DNA from: a virus
IMG/VR virus record: IMGVR_UViG_3300046323_000234
Reading direction: 5' to 3' (one strand)
DNA: 64,000 bases
Under the pieces are notes generated by a model, which was not told the origin of the DNA, did not search any database, and saw nothing but the letters and a program-made list of their open reading frames with translations. Within the stretch, counting starts at the first letter, position 1; every line of letters starts with the position of its first letter. Of the stretch, positions 30,261 to 40,857 are shown piece by piece. Position numbers and translations under genes: made by a program.

Positions 30261-31067
30261 ATGAGTAAAGGAATATTAAGTTTTACAAATCTAGGTACAT
30301 ATGGACACTTAGGTAATCAGTTATATCAAATAGCATCAACAATCGGTATTGCAATGGAGAATGAAATGAATTATATGTTTCCAACATGGAAGTATGATAA
30401 ATTCTTTAAAAATCCAATTCCACAAATGAATATTGATGAATTAAAAGCAATAAAGGGTGAGTATATTGATAGAGAAGGGCCACATCATTATAAACCGTTA
30501 TTAATTCTTGAGAATGAAAAGAATTGGGATATTGGTGGATATTTACAAACTGAAAAATATTTTGACAGTAATAGAGAAGCTGTATTAAATTATTTTGAAT
30601 TTAAGGATGAATATATTGATTATCTAAGAGGTAAATATGGAAATTTATTAAATAGGGAAAATGTATGTTCACTACACGTAAGAAGAGGTGATTATTTAAA
30701 TGCACCAGCATATCATCCAACTTGTACAATGAATTATTATAATAATGCAATATCACATTTTCCAGAAGATACAACGTTTTTAGTATTTACAAATGATATT
30801 CCTTGGTGTGTTGCAAATTTTAATAGACCAAACTTTATAATTATTGATGAATGCGATAAATCAAATAATGGTGATGTAATGATGGAATTTATGTTAATGT
30901 CATTATGTAAAAATAATATAACAGCAAATAGTACATTTTCACTATGGGCTTCCATATTGAATAAAAACGAAAATAAGAAAGTAATATGTCCTTCGGTTTG
31001 GTTTGGGCCAGCAATGCCTGGGGTTATATTGTCGGATATGTATCCTAAAAATTCAATTGTACTATGA
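30261..31067 (+). CDS. GT11 alpha-1,2-fucosyl/colitosyltransferase
   Basis: GHLGNQLYQ, GYLQTEKYF, HVRRGDY, ANSTFSLWA. Confidence 0.92.
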   Translation: MSKGILSFTNLGTYGHLGNQLYQIASTIGIAMENEMNYMFPTWKYDKFFKNPIPQMNIDELKAIKGEYIDREGPHHYKPLLILENEKNWDIGGYLQTEKYFDSNREAVLNYFEFKDEYIDYLRGKYGNLLNRENVCSLHVRRGDYLNAPAYHPTCTMNYYNNAISHFPEDTTFLVFTNDIPWCVANFNRPNFIIIDECDKSNNGDVMMEFMLMSLCKNNITANSTFSLWASILNKNENKKVICPSVWFGPAMPGVILSDMYPKNSIVL

Positions 31068-31927
31068 GAAATAGTGTAGTATCTGGTGTTTGGTTTAATC
31101 TAAAAAATAGAGTAGATGAATATATTAATGTTTTAAAAACATATTATTCAGATTGTGATCACTATATTGGAATTAATCCATGTTCTGAACAAGAATATTT
31201 GATTGAGAGATTAAATCAATCCAATCTAATATTTACTTACGGAATTGTACCAGACCATTTAATAATTAAACAACATACCTCATCAACACAATTGGGTATT
31301 AAATTATTAATTGATTCAAAGAAAGAATATAATATAACACATTTTTTACATAGTAAAGGCTCATCATATAATGATTATCACTATGGTAGAGCATTTAATG
31401 AATATATTGTTGAATATTCAATGAAAAAGAAAGCCATTGAACAATTCTTGGATAATAATTTAAATTATGGTGCATTTGCTGATTATGGTGGAATTCAGAT
31501 GCAATGGTTCATTAGAGAAGGTATTAATAAATCAGATTTAAAAAGACCTTTTGAAAATGTAACAGATACGGCAGCAAGTAATTTATTAAATTATAAAAAA
31601 CCATTGGAAGTACATACCAATTTGGATTTAGGTGAATTTTATAATTTTAAATATATGCCACTTAGAACCCAATTTTTGGTTGGGGTATATTCATTTAAAT
31701 TTTTTATTATAAAAGAATTTTTTGAAGCAACATATAAAGATATATTAGAAAGAAATTTAATAACCGATCTAAAATTCGATATATATTTTTTTGAGACACA
31801 TATTGCCCAACTATCATGTAGAATGGGATATTTAAGAAAAATTAACAATTATTGGAATATTAGTTTTGGTGATAAAGAACTGGAACAAACAGTAATTGAT
31901 TTATATAAAACGGAAAACAATTTATGA
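31064..31927 (+). CDS. Hypothetical glycan-modification protein
   Basis: FLHSKG motif as seen in some GT-like proteins; cluster context. Confidence 0.45.
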   Translation: MRNSVVSGVWFNLKNRVDEYINVLKTYYSDCDHYIGINPCSEQEYLIERLNQSNLIFTYGIVPDHLIIKQHTSSTQLGIKLLIDSKKEYNITHFLHSKGSSYNDYHYGRAFNEYIVEYSMKKKAIEQFLDNNLNYGAFADYGGIQMQWFIREGINKSDLKRPFENVTDTAASNLLNYKKPLEVHTNLDLGEFYNFKYMPLRTQFLVGVYSFKFFIIKEFFEATYKDILERNLITDLKFDIYFFETHIAQLSCRMGYLRKINNYWNISFGDKELEQTVIDLYKTENNL

Positions 31928-32682
31928 TATTAGATAAACTAGCCATTAAATATAATACAGATAAATCATCATTAGATCATGATTATATTAAGCATTATTC
32001 TAAATATTTTTTAGAAGATAGAGAATTATATACTAAAGTATTAGAACTTGGTATCTATACCACAAATACTGGTGACGTGGATAAATCGGGTGCATCCTTA
32101 AAAATGTGGAGTGAATTTTTTCCAAATGCAGATATTTTTGGATTGGATATTGTTGATTATTCGTATTTGGATAAGATATATCCAAAAATAAAAACATTTA
32201 TATGTAATGCTGAATTAAGAGTTGATAGTGATATTAATAAAATCACAAATCCTTGGCTTAAACAGATATACACACAACCACAATATGGTTTAACAGGTGG
32301 TCAGATTGGAATGATAAATGCTATTAATAAATTTGGTGGTGATTATGATGTTATAATTGATGATGGGCCACATACTGTATCAAGTCAACAAATTTTTTTT
32401 GGATTTATGTTTAAATATCTTAAATCTGGTGGATATTTGGTTATTGAAGACCTACATACAAGTTTTGCAACCCAAACCGATAATACTGGTCAATTACAAT
32501 ATAATTCGTTTCCATTTACTGAATGGAATACTGTTAAAATGTTAAATCATTTTATTGAAACTGGAAAGATTGTATCTGATTTTATAACAGAAGAAGAAAA
32601 AGAATATATAGAAAATAATACAGAATTTGCAAAGATGGAGCAAGGCAAGAATTCTCCGATTTGCTTTATTAAACATAAATAA
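31924..32682 (+). CDS. SAM-dependent sugar O-methyltransferase-like protein
   Basis: TDK...HDY..HY, VLELGI, SLKMW, GLDI, DVIIDDGPH, LKSGGYLVIEDL. Confidence 0.85.
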   Translation: MILDKLAIKYNTDKSSLDHDYIKHYSKYFLEDRELYTKVLELGIYTTNTGDVDKSGASLKMWSEFFPNADIFGLDIVDYSYLDKIYPKIKTFICNAELRVDSDINKITNPWLKQIYTQPQYGLTGGQIGMINAINKFGGDYDVIIDDGPHTVSSQQIFFGFMFKYLKSGGYLVIEDLHTSFATQTDNTGQLQYNSFPFTEWNTVKMLNHFIETGKIVSDFITEEEKEYIENNTEFAKMEQGKNSPICFIKHK

Positions 32683-33480
32683 ATGATTAATATAAACATG
32701 GTAGGTGGTGGATTTCAGCATGATATATGTTCTTCCGCACATAATAAAAATAAATATGTAATTTGGTATAAAGATAATAGTGCAAATATATCAATCCATA
32801 TAGATAATTCTATATTGGATGATATTGGATTAAATAAAAATAAAAAGAGATATGCTTGGATTGCAGAATCTAGCGCAATTAATGAAAAGGTAATTAATGA
32901 TATTAAATCCAATCTAACAAAAGTTTTGGAGAATTATGAATTAATATTCACACATGATAAAAGATTATTATCATTGGATGATAAATTTAAATTCGCAATT
33001 CCAAATGCATTACCTTGGGTTAAGGATAGACGAATATTTAATAAAACCAAACGAGTATCAATGGTTGCTTCATCAAAAGTTATGTGTGAAGGACATAAAT
33101 ATAGACATACTTGGATTAGTAGATTAAAAGGCAAAGTAGATCATTATGGTTGGGGATTTAATACCTTACCAAGTAAAGATTATGCTATGAATGATTATAT
33201 GTTTTCAATAGCAATGGAAAATGATAATTATCCAGATATTTTTACTGAAAAAATAACAGATTGTTTTGCAACTGGTACTATTCCAGTATTTTGGGGAACA
33301 CCCGATATAGACAAAAGATTTAACATGGATGGTATTATATTATTAACTGAAGAGTTTAATATTAATACATTAACGGCAGAATTATACTTTTCAAAAAATG
33401 AAGCTATGTTAGATAATTTCGAAAGAACTAAATTATTGGAATCTGCTGAAGATTATATATATCTAAATTATTTAAAATAA
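32683..33480 (+). CDS. GT10 alpha-1,3/4-fucosyltransferase-like protein
   Basis: YMFSIAMEN...FTEKITDCFATGTIPVFWG. Confidence 0.88.
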   Translation: MININMVGGGFQHDICSSAHNKNKYVIWYKDNSANISIHIDNSILDDIGLNKNKKRYAWIAESSAINEKVINDIKSNLTKVLENYELIFTHDKRLLSLDDKFKFAIPNALPWVKDRRIFNKTKRVSMVASSKVMCEGHKYRHTWISRLKGKVDHYGWGFNTLPSKDYAMNDYMFSIAMENDNYPDIFTEKITDCFATGTIPVFWGTPDIDKRFNMDGIILLTEEFNINTLTAELYFSKNEAMLDNFERTKLLESAEDYIYLNYLK

Positions 33481-33482
33481 GA

Positions 33483-34577
33483 ATGGATTTCTTTTCAACA
33501 ACAATATCACCACAAGCAATAAATAATGTTAATCAAGTATTAACAACAACACATGTTTCTGCTGGAAAACAAGCCAAGAAATTTGAACAAGCCCTATTTG
33601 ATAAGTTTGGTTTTCCAAATCCAATAACGTTAAATAGTGGCACAGTTACGATGAGATTGGCATTGATTGCTGCTGGTGTTAAAGAAGGTGATGAGGTTAT
33701 ACTACCAGCACAAACATTTATTGCAACTGGACACGTTATATTGCAGTGTGGTGCTAAACCGATATTCGCTGACATTAATCTTGATGGAAATATATCTGTT
33801 GAATCAATCAAGGAAAAGATTACAGAGAGAACGAAAGCAATAATTCCAGTTCATTGGGGTGGATATCCTTGCGATATGGATGAAATAAAAAAACTAGCCA
33901 AGAAACATAATATAATTGTTATTGAAGATGCTGCACATGCAATTGGTGCGAAATATAAAAATCAATATATTGGAAGTATATCTGATTTTACATCATTTTC
34001 ATTTCAAGCAATAAAACATTTAACAACTGGTGATGGTGGTTTATTAACTTGTCAAAATCCAGAACATGCTAAACTAATCCGAAGACTTGCTTGGTTTGAT
34101 ATTGATAGAGAAGATTCGAAAGTTGGAATATTAGGAGAAAGAGAATATGATGCAACAAATATTGGATATAAATATCATATGAACGATATTGCAGCCTCTA
34201 TTGGATTGGGAAATCTTGAAGCATTAGATAATAAATTAAAAAGGATTAAAGATATTGCCAATATTTATAACAATGAATTAAAAAATGTTGGTGGAATTAG
34301 ATTAATGAATTATAAATCAGATCGAGAGTCATCATATTGGTTGTATCCAATATTTGTAGAAAATAGAATTGATTTTATTAATAAATTAAAACGAAATAAT
34401 ATACCAACATCGGTTGTACATTTGGGTATTGATAAAAATACAATATTTGGTGGAAAAGATTATTCATTGGTTAATCAAAGATATTTCGATGATAATCAAA
34501 TACATCTACCGATAAATGATTCATTGACTGATGATGATATAAATAATATAATTAAAACAATTAAACAAGGTTGGTAG
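33483..34577 (+). CDS. DegT/DnrJ PLP sugar aminotransferase (perosamine synthase-like)
   Basis: NSGT, IIPVHWGG, IEDAAHA, SFQAIKHLTTGDGG with the catalytic Lys. Confidence 0.92.
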   Translation: MDFFSTTISPQAINNVNQVLTTTHVSAGKQAKKFEQALFDKFGFPNPITLNSGTVTMRLALIAAGVKEGDEVILPAQTFIATGHVILQCGAKPIFADINLDGNISVESIKEKITERTKAIIPVHWGGYPCDMDEIKKLAKKHNIIVIEDAAHAIGAKYKNQYIGSISDFTSFSFQAIKHLTTGDGGLLTCQNPEHAKLIRRLAWFDIDREDSKVGILGEREYDATNIGYKYHMNDIAASIGLGNLEALDNKLKRIKDIANIYNNELKNVGGIRLMNYKSDRESSYWLYPIFVENRIDFINKLKRNNIPTSVVHLGIDKNTIFGGKDYSLVNQRYFDDNQIHLPINDSLTDDDINNIIKTIKQGW

Positions 34578-34596
34578 TAGTCTATTTATATATAAT

Positions 34597-35970
34597 ATGA
34601 TAAAAACAATAATTTTCGATTTAGATGGTGTTTTAGCTGATCTAAAAGATTGTCACTATAATTCACTAAATAAAGCATTATCTGAAATAGATGATAAATT
34701 TATAATAACACAAGAGGAACATTTATCATTATATGATGGTCTGCCCACCAAAGATAAGTTAAAATTATTAACAATAAATAATGGTTTATTATTAAGTGAT
34801 TATGAATTCATTTCAGAAAGGAAACAGTATTATACTATAAATTATATTCAAAATAATATTAATATAGATAATAATTTAATAGAAGTATTATCCAATCTAA
34901 AAAAAGAAAATTATAAAATAATCGTTGCATCAAACTCAATAAAAAATACAATATACACATTTTTAGTTAAAGCTGATATTATACATTATATTGATGTGGT
35001 TTATTCAAATCAAGATGTAATATATTCAAAACCAAATTCAGAAATATATTTAAAAGCTATACAAAAATTTGGAAATACACCCCAAGAATGTTTAATTATT
35101 GAAGATTCACCACATGGTATAACTGCTGCATTGAATAGTGGTGCAAATGTTTTAAGAGTATCAAATCCAAATGGGTTAACATTAACTAAAATAATCAGTA
35201 AAATAGATGAAATTAATAATAATAAATTAAAAAATATGTGGGATGGTAGTGAATATAATATATTAATCCCAATGGCTGGTGCTGGAAGTAGATTTCAAAG
35301 GGCTGGATTTGATTTACCAAAACCATTAATAAATGTTAATGGTAAACCAATGATTCAATTGGTTGTTGAAAATTTAAATATAAAAGCTAATTTTATTTAT
35401 GTTGTACAAAAAGAACATTATAAAAAATATAATTTAGAGTATATTTTAAATTTATTAACACCAAACTGTAAAATTATACAGGTGGATAGTTTAACAGAGG
35501 GTGCTGCATGTACAACATTACTAGCAAAGGATTATATAAATAATGATAAACATTTAATAATTGCAAATTTGGATCAATTTATTGAATGGGATTCTAATTG
35601 GTTTTATTACAATTGTGAAAATAATAATATTGATGGTTCAATAGTAACGTTTCATGATAATAATCCTAAATGGAGTTATGCAAAGGTAGATGATCATACA
35701 AATAATGTTATAGAAGTTGCTGAAAAAAACCCAATAAGTAATAACGCCACAGTTGGTATTTACTACTATAAACATGGTTATGATTATGTAAAATATGCTG
35801 AACAAATGATAAATAAAAACATTAGAGTTAATAATGAATTTTATGTGTGTCCAATATATAATGAATTTATATTGGATAATAAAATAATAAAAACTTATAA
35901 CATAAAAAAAATGTGGGGAATTGGTATACCCGAAGATTTAAAATATTATTTAGAAAATTATAAAAATTAA
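34597..35970 (+). CDS. HAD phosphatase fused to a nucleotidyltransferase
   Basis: FDLDGVL, SKP, IEDS..G in the N-half; IPMAGAGSRF, PKPLI, TEGAACT, EVAEK, NNEFYV in the C-half. Confidence 0.88.
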   Translation: MIKTIIFDLDGVLADLKDCHYNSLNKALSEIDDKFIITQEEHLSLYDGLPTKDKLKLLTINNGLLLSDYEFISERKQYYTINYIQNNINIDNNLIEVLSNLKKENYKIIVASNSIKNTIYTFLVKADIIHYIDVVYSNQDVIYSKPNSEIYLKAIQKFGNTPQECLIIEDSPHGITAALNSGANVLRVSNPNGLTLTKIISKIDEINNNKLKNMWDGSEYNILIPMAGAGSRFQRAGFDLPKPLINVNGKPMIQLVVENLNIKANFIYVVQKEHYKKYNLEYILNLLTPNCKIIQVDSLTEGAACTTLLAKDYINNDKHLIIANLDQFIEWDSNWFYYNCENNNIDGSIVTFHDNNPKWSYAKVDDHTNNVIEVAEKNPISNNATVGIYYYKHGYDYVKYAEQMINKNIRVNNEFYVCPIYNEFILDNKIIKTYNIKKMWGIGIPEDLKYYLENYKN

Positions 35971-35974
35971 AAAA

Positions 35975-36601
35975 ATGGTTGAAATAGAAACAAATAGTTA
36001 CAATACAAATTGGCAAATATGTAGAATAAAATTTATTCTGAATAAATATCCAGAGGAATTTTGGTCTGGAAAGACAGTTTTAGAATTAGGTTCATATAAT
36101 GGTGTTATTGGCAATCATTTTAGAAAGTTAGGTGCAAATGTTACATCTGTTGAGGGTAGAATTGAAAATGTGAATAATATAAAACAACAGTTTAATCAAT
36201 TAAATGTATTACAATCTAATTTAGATACAAATAAATGGGAATTTGGTAAATTTGATATAATAATTAATTTCGGATTAATATATCATTTAGAATATTATCA
36301 TAAAGAACACATTATTAACTGTATAAATAATGCTAATCTAATATTTATGGAAACTGTTGTATATGATTCAAACGATGATTTTTATTTTCGAAATGAAGAT
36401 GGATTAGATCAATCATTATCTGGACGTGGTGGAATACCAAGTAGAAAATATATTGAAAATATATTTAAAGAATATAATATAAATTATGAACTACACAACA
36501 ATATCGAATTAAATGCAGATGGACACGTATATGATTGGGTTGATGAAAATAATAATACCACAACTGGTGGTAATAGAAGATTTTGGATTTTAAATAAATG
36601 A
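35975..36601 (+). CDS. Class I SAM methyltransferase
   Basis: VLELGSYNG, VEGR, FDIIINFGLIYHL. Confidence 0.85.
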   Translation: MVEIETNSYNTNWQICRIKFILNKYPEEFWSGKTVLELGSYNGVIGNHFRKLGANVTSVEGRIENVNNIKQQFNQLNVLQSNLDTNKWEFGKFDIIINFGLIYHLEYYHKEHIINCINNANLIFMETVVYDSNDDFYFRNEDGLDQSLSGRGGIPSRKYIENIFKEYNINYELHNNIELNADGHVYDWVDENNNTTTGGNRRFWILNK

Positions 36602-37071
36602 TATTTATTTCGCATAGGGGTAATATAAATGGAATAAATAATATTGATGAAAATAAACCAGAATATATATTAAATACAATAAATAGTGGATATGATGTTG
36701 AGTTTGATTTATGGGTTATAAATAATAAATTAATGCTTGGTCATGATTTTGGTCAATATGAAATTAGTTTGGATTGGTTAAAAAGTATTAATACATATTC
36801 TTGGATACATTGTAAAAATTTGGATGCACTTTCATTATTATCTGAATATAATATGTTTAATTATTTTTTTCATAATACTGATGATTATATACTAACATCA
36901 AAGGGTTATATATGGGCATATCCAAATAAATTAACGAATAATAAATGTATATCAGTAATGCCTGAAATAAATAATACAAACACTAATAATGTATTTGGTA
37001 TTTGTAGTGATAATATATATTTTTACAAAAAAAAATATGAAAATAGCAATACTACTATCGGGATCAATTAG
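36598..37071 (+). CDS. Glycerophosphodiester phosphodiesterase-like small protein
   Basis: ISHRGN, EN.P, DVEFD, LGHD, WIHCKN. Confidence 0.75.
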   Translation: MIFISHRGNINGINNIDENKPEYILNTINSGYDVEFDLWVINNKLMLGHDFGQYEISLDWLKSINTYSWIHCKNLDALSLLSEYNMFNYFFHNTDDYILTSKGYIWAYPNKLTNNKCISVMPEINNTNTNNVFGICSDNIYFYKKKYENSNTTIGIN

Positions 37072-37792
37072 ATGTTTAGAATATACATTTAATTATTTTC
37101 AAAATAATTTAATAAATAAATTAAAACAAGATGGGCATGAGCCACATATATTCATTAATACATATAATGATAAATATATGTTTAAAATAAGAAAATACAT
37201 AGAAGATTTTTCAAATGATATAAAAAATATAAAAATATTTGAAAATATAAATTATGATGATGAATTTATGAATATGATATCATCAAAAAGAATTGGTGGA
37301 CATTATAATAATTATAAACATTTTCTAGGACAGTTTAAAGGTATTGAAGATACAATTAAATTAATGATTGAATATGAAAAAAATAATTCATTTGAGTATG
37401 ATTTAGTAATTAAAATGAGACATGATATAATAAATTTAGTGCCAATTCAATTGCCTGATATAATAAAATTAAATACAATATATGTTTTACCATATGATAG
37501 ACAGAATGGATATAGTGATAAATTTTATTTCGGAGATAGAAGTTCAATGTGTAAATTATGTTTTTTTATAGAAAACTTAAAACAAAATATGTCTGATCAT
37601 GATTTTCTATCTGGTGAATATTTTTTAAAAAAAAGTATTGAATTAAATAATTTATCTGTGGAAGAGTTTTATAATCTAGTTTGTTTAGTTAGAGATTATG
37701 GTGACGAATTTCCACCATCAGAACGTGGTTGGTATAGTAATCAAATAATTGGTGGTATAACAATTGATAATTTAATTAAAACAGAGATTTAA
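37037..37792 (+). CDS. Putative glycosyltransferase-like protein
   Basis: Likely start at 37037 (MKIAILLSGSIR); YDLVIKMRHD and SDKFYFG motifs are typical of polysaccharide-cluster proteins. Confidence 0.6.
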   Translation: MKIAILLSGSIRCLEYTFNYFQNNLINKLKQDGHEPHIFINTYNDKYMFKIRKYIEDFSNDIKNIKIFENINYDDEFMNMISSKRIGGHYNNYKHFLGQFKGIEDTIKLMIEYEKNNSFEYDLVIKMRHDIINLVPIQLPDIIKLNTIYVLPYDRQNGYSDKFYFGDRSSMCKLCFFIENLKQNMSDHDFLSGEYFLKKSIELNNLSVEEFYNLVCLVRDYGDEFPPSERGWYSNQIIGGITIDNLIKTEI

Positions 37793-38383
37793 ATGGACGA
37801 AAATATATTTTTTGATAGATCAAAACTAAAATACTGTGGTGAGAATGTTATAATTGGTAAGACAGTTAGAATAAGAAAGCCCGAAGAATGTAGTATTGGT
37901 GATAATACAATTATTGATGATTTTACATATATATCATGTCCAATCCAAATAGGCAAGAATTGTCATATATCATCAAATATAAATATATCAGGTGGTGCTG
38001 GTTATTTTGAAATGGATGATTATTCAACATTATCATCACATGTATCAATACATACATGTTCATCTGATTACATAAATTTATCATTGGATTTACCATCAGT
38101 ACCAGAAGAAATGAGAACTGGTGGAGAGATTGGATTGGTTAAGATTGGTAAATTTGTAACTGTTGGTTCACATTCTGTTATACTACCAAATGCAATATTG
38201 CAACATGGAACATCATTTGGTGCATTTTCATTAATTAAAGATATAGATTATAAACAATTTACATTATATATTGGAAATCCTGTTAGAATATATGCGACAA
38301 GAAATTATGATGATTTATTAAAAAATAATTTATTTTCGGAAGAATTTTTTGAAAATCTAAAAAATAATATTATATTGCGTTGA
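37793..38383 (+). CDS. Left-handed beta-helix acetyltransferase
   Basis: Hexapeptide repeats IGKTVR, IGDNTI, IGKNCH, IGKFVT; GNP. Confidence 0.9.
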   Translation: MDENIFFDRSKLKYCGENVIIGKTVRIRKPEECSIGDNTIIDDFTYISCPIQIGKNCHISSNINISGGAGYFEMDDYSTLSSHVSIHTCSSDYINLSLDLPSVPEEMRTGGEIGLVKIGKFVTVGSHSVILPNAILQHGTSFGAFSLIKDIDYKQFTLYIGNPVRIYATRNYDDLLKNNLFSEEFFENLKNNIILR

Positions 38384-38384
38384 G

Positions 38385-39245
38385 ATGAAAATACTTTATA
38401 ATTTTGCACATAACAGATTTATAAATGCACAAGAAAAATGTGCAGTAACTGCTGTTAGTGTCGGTGGTTTTGATAAAACATATAAATATAGAATGTCTGA
38501 TATTGATGCAACATTTTATAATAAAAATAGACATATCTTAGATCAACCTAGAGGTGGTGGATATTGGCTTTGGAAATATTATTTTGCAGTTAAATTATTA
38601 AATGATATTAATATTCCAGAAGATAGTTATATTTTTTATTGTGATAGTGGTGCTCATTTTGTTGAAAACATTGATAAAATGATTGAGGTTATGGAAAAGC
38701 ATAATGAAAGTATTATGACATTCAGACAAACCCATTCAGCATATGTTTGGACAAAAAGAGATACATTTATATTAATGAATGCTGATGAACCTAAATATAC
38801 ACAAACTGGACAAAGAGTTGGTGGATTTTTCTTATTTAAGAAAAATAATTTATCAAGAAAATTCTTTAAAGAATGTTTGGAATATGGTGAAGATTATAGA
38901 ATTATAACTGATGCACCAAACCAATTAGGTGTTCCAAATTATGCTGGATTTAGAGATCATAGGCATGATGAATCATTAATATCCATTATGGCAAAGAAAT
39001 ATGATTTATTTCCATATAGAAACCCATGTCAGTTTGGATTTGAAAACGATGTAAATTATACAAATAATAGATACGATCAAGAGGGATATAATTTAATGAT
39101 TGAGAAATTTGGGCCAATGAGTGATTGGATAAATAAATATGGATGTTATTTTCATGGTGAATCAATTAAACAATATCCAGAAATTAACGTGGATGATAGG
39201 TCAACCTATCCCACTATTATAGATTTAACTAGGGATGGAAGATAA
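38385..39245 (+). CDS. Putative GT-A glycosyltransferase
   Basis: RGGGYWLWKY, FYCDSG, WTKRD, DHRHDESLIS. Confidence 0.65.
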   Translation: MKILYNFAHNRFINAQEKCAVTAVSVGGFDKTYKYRMSDIDATFYNKNRHILDQPRGGGYWLWKYYFAVKLLNDINIPEDSYIFYCDSGAHFVENIDKMIEVMEKHNESIMTFRQTHSAYVWTKRDTFILMNADEPKYTQTGQRVGGFFLFKKNNLSRKFFKECLEYGEDYRIITDAPNQLGVPNYAGFRDHRHDESLISIMAKKYDLFPYRNPCQFGFENDVNYTNNRYDQEGYNLMIEKFGPMSDWINKYGCYFHGESIKQYPEINVDDRSTYPTIIDLTRDGR

Positions 39246-40173
39246 AAAGAAAATATTAGTATTAGGTGGTAATGGATTTATGGGCATGAATATCCAATCC
39301 TATACAAAAAGAGATGATTCAATATTTTATTTTAAGAGTAGAAGAAATGGTATTGACTTACTGTTTCAGGATGGATTATTTAATTTTATTCAAGCGAATA
39401 ATATTGATATTATAATCAATTGTGCAGCAGTAGTTGGAAGTGTACATTTTGTTTCTTCAAATAAAGAAAAAATTATTCACGACAATACTCAAATATATTT
39501 GAATCTATATGATGTAGTAAAAAAATATACTGACGTATATAAAAGAAAGATTAAGATTATAAATCCAATATCTAACTGTTCATATCCTGGGGATACGAAG
39601 ACACAAATTGAAAGTGAATGGTGGAACGGTAAACCACATGATTCAGTATTTTCATATGCTATGTCAAAAAAGACATTGATTGGACTTGCAGAAACTTATG
39701 AGGGTGAATATATAACATCACATAATTTTATTATGCCGAATGCTTTTGGTGTGTTTGATTATACCGATCCAAATAGAGTACATGCATTAAATGGCCTGAT
39801 TATACGCATGATACAAGCACAAAAAGCTGGTGATAAGCAGTTCACCATCTGGGGTAGTGGAGAGCCTATTAGAGAGTGGATTTTCATGGAAGATGTGGCT
39901 AAGTTCATCAATATATTAATTGATGAAGATAAAAAACATCAGATGTTTAATTTGGGTCAAAATAAAGGATATTCAATACTTGAATCAGCCGAACTAATAA
40001 AAAAACATCTTGACTATGATGTTGAATTTGTTTTTGATAGAACCAAAATAGATGGTGATAAAATAAAAATAATGAATAATGATAAGACCAAAGAATTATA
40101 TCCAGATTTGGTATTTACTAAATATGATGATGGAATAAAAAAAACAATTGACTATTATCTAAGAATTTTATAA
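39235..40173 (+). CDS. GDP-L-fucose synthase-like NAD(P) epimerase/reductase (copy 1)
   Basis: GGNGFMG, CAAVVG, SNCSYP, YAMSK, HALNGLI, WGSGEPIREW. Confidence 0.85.
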   Translation: MEDKKKILVLGGNGFMGMNIQSYTKRDDSIFYFKSRRNGIDLLFQDGLFNFIQANNIDIIINCAAVVGSVHFVSSNKEKIIHDNTQIYLNLYDVVKKYTDVYKRKIKIINPISNCSYPGDTKTQIESEWWNGKPHDSVFSYAMSKKTLIGLAETYEGEYITSHNFIMPNAFGVFDYTDPNRVHALNGLIIRMIQAQKAGDKQFTIWGSGEPIREWIFMEDVAKFINILIDEDKKHQMFNLGQNKGYSILESAELIKKHLDYDVEFVFDRTKIDGDKIKIMNNDKTKELYPDLVFTKYDDGIKKTIDYYLRIL

Positions 40174-40174
40174 T

Positions 40175-40846
40175 ATGGATTTAACTTTAATACTCTGCAT
40201 TCACAGCAAAACAAAACTACATGATGATTTATTCATCAGATGTTTAACTGCATTAAGTAATCAAACAAAAAAAGATTTTATATTATTGATTAATTTCGAT
40301 GATTGTCATCCATCAACATTCGAATTGTTTAAAGACAAGATTCAAAACAATGAATTACAGTTCACCAATTATCAAGTTGTAATTTCAAATGAAAAGGCAA
40401 TTGGACATGCAAATGCAAAAAATAAACTTATACCACATATAACAACAAAATATACTGCGTTTCAAGATGCTGATGATTTTTCAGACGTTTTTAGATTGGA
40501 GAAACAATATAATTTTATGTTGGAAAATCAAGATGTTGATTTATTGGGTTGTTTAGGATATAATTTTGTTGATAATAATCTTGATGTATTAAATGAGGTA
40601 TATCCAACAAATAAATATACAACCGATAGCGACATTAAAAATATTATCCATAGAGAAAATTGTATAATTAATGGATCTGTTATGTTAAAAACAGATGTAT
40701 TACATAAATTAAATGGTTATAATATTAATCTAAAATATGGTGAAGATTGGGATTTTTGGCGCAGAGGGGCATATTTGGGACTTAAATTTCATATTTTGCA
40801 AGAAAGATTATATTATTATAGTATTGGCACAACAACAAGTTTTTAA
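40175..40846 (+). CDS. Glycosyltransferase family 2
   Basis: FDDC, FQDADD, RLEKQ, GEDWDFW. Confidence 0.88.
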   Translation: MDLTLILCIHSKTKLHDDLFIRCLTALSNQTKKDFILLINFDDCHPSTFELFKDKIQNNELQFTNYQVVISNEKAIGHANAKNKLIPHITTKYTAFQDADDFSDVFRLEKQYNFMLENQDVDLLGCLGYNFVDNNLDVLNEVYPTNKYTTDSDIKNIIHRENCIINGSVMLKTDVLHKLNGYNINLKYGEDWDFWRRGAYLGLKFHILQERLYYYSIGTTTSF

Positions 40847-40857
40847 ATATTAATAAA

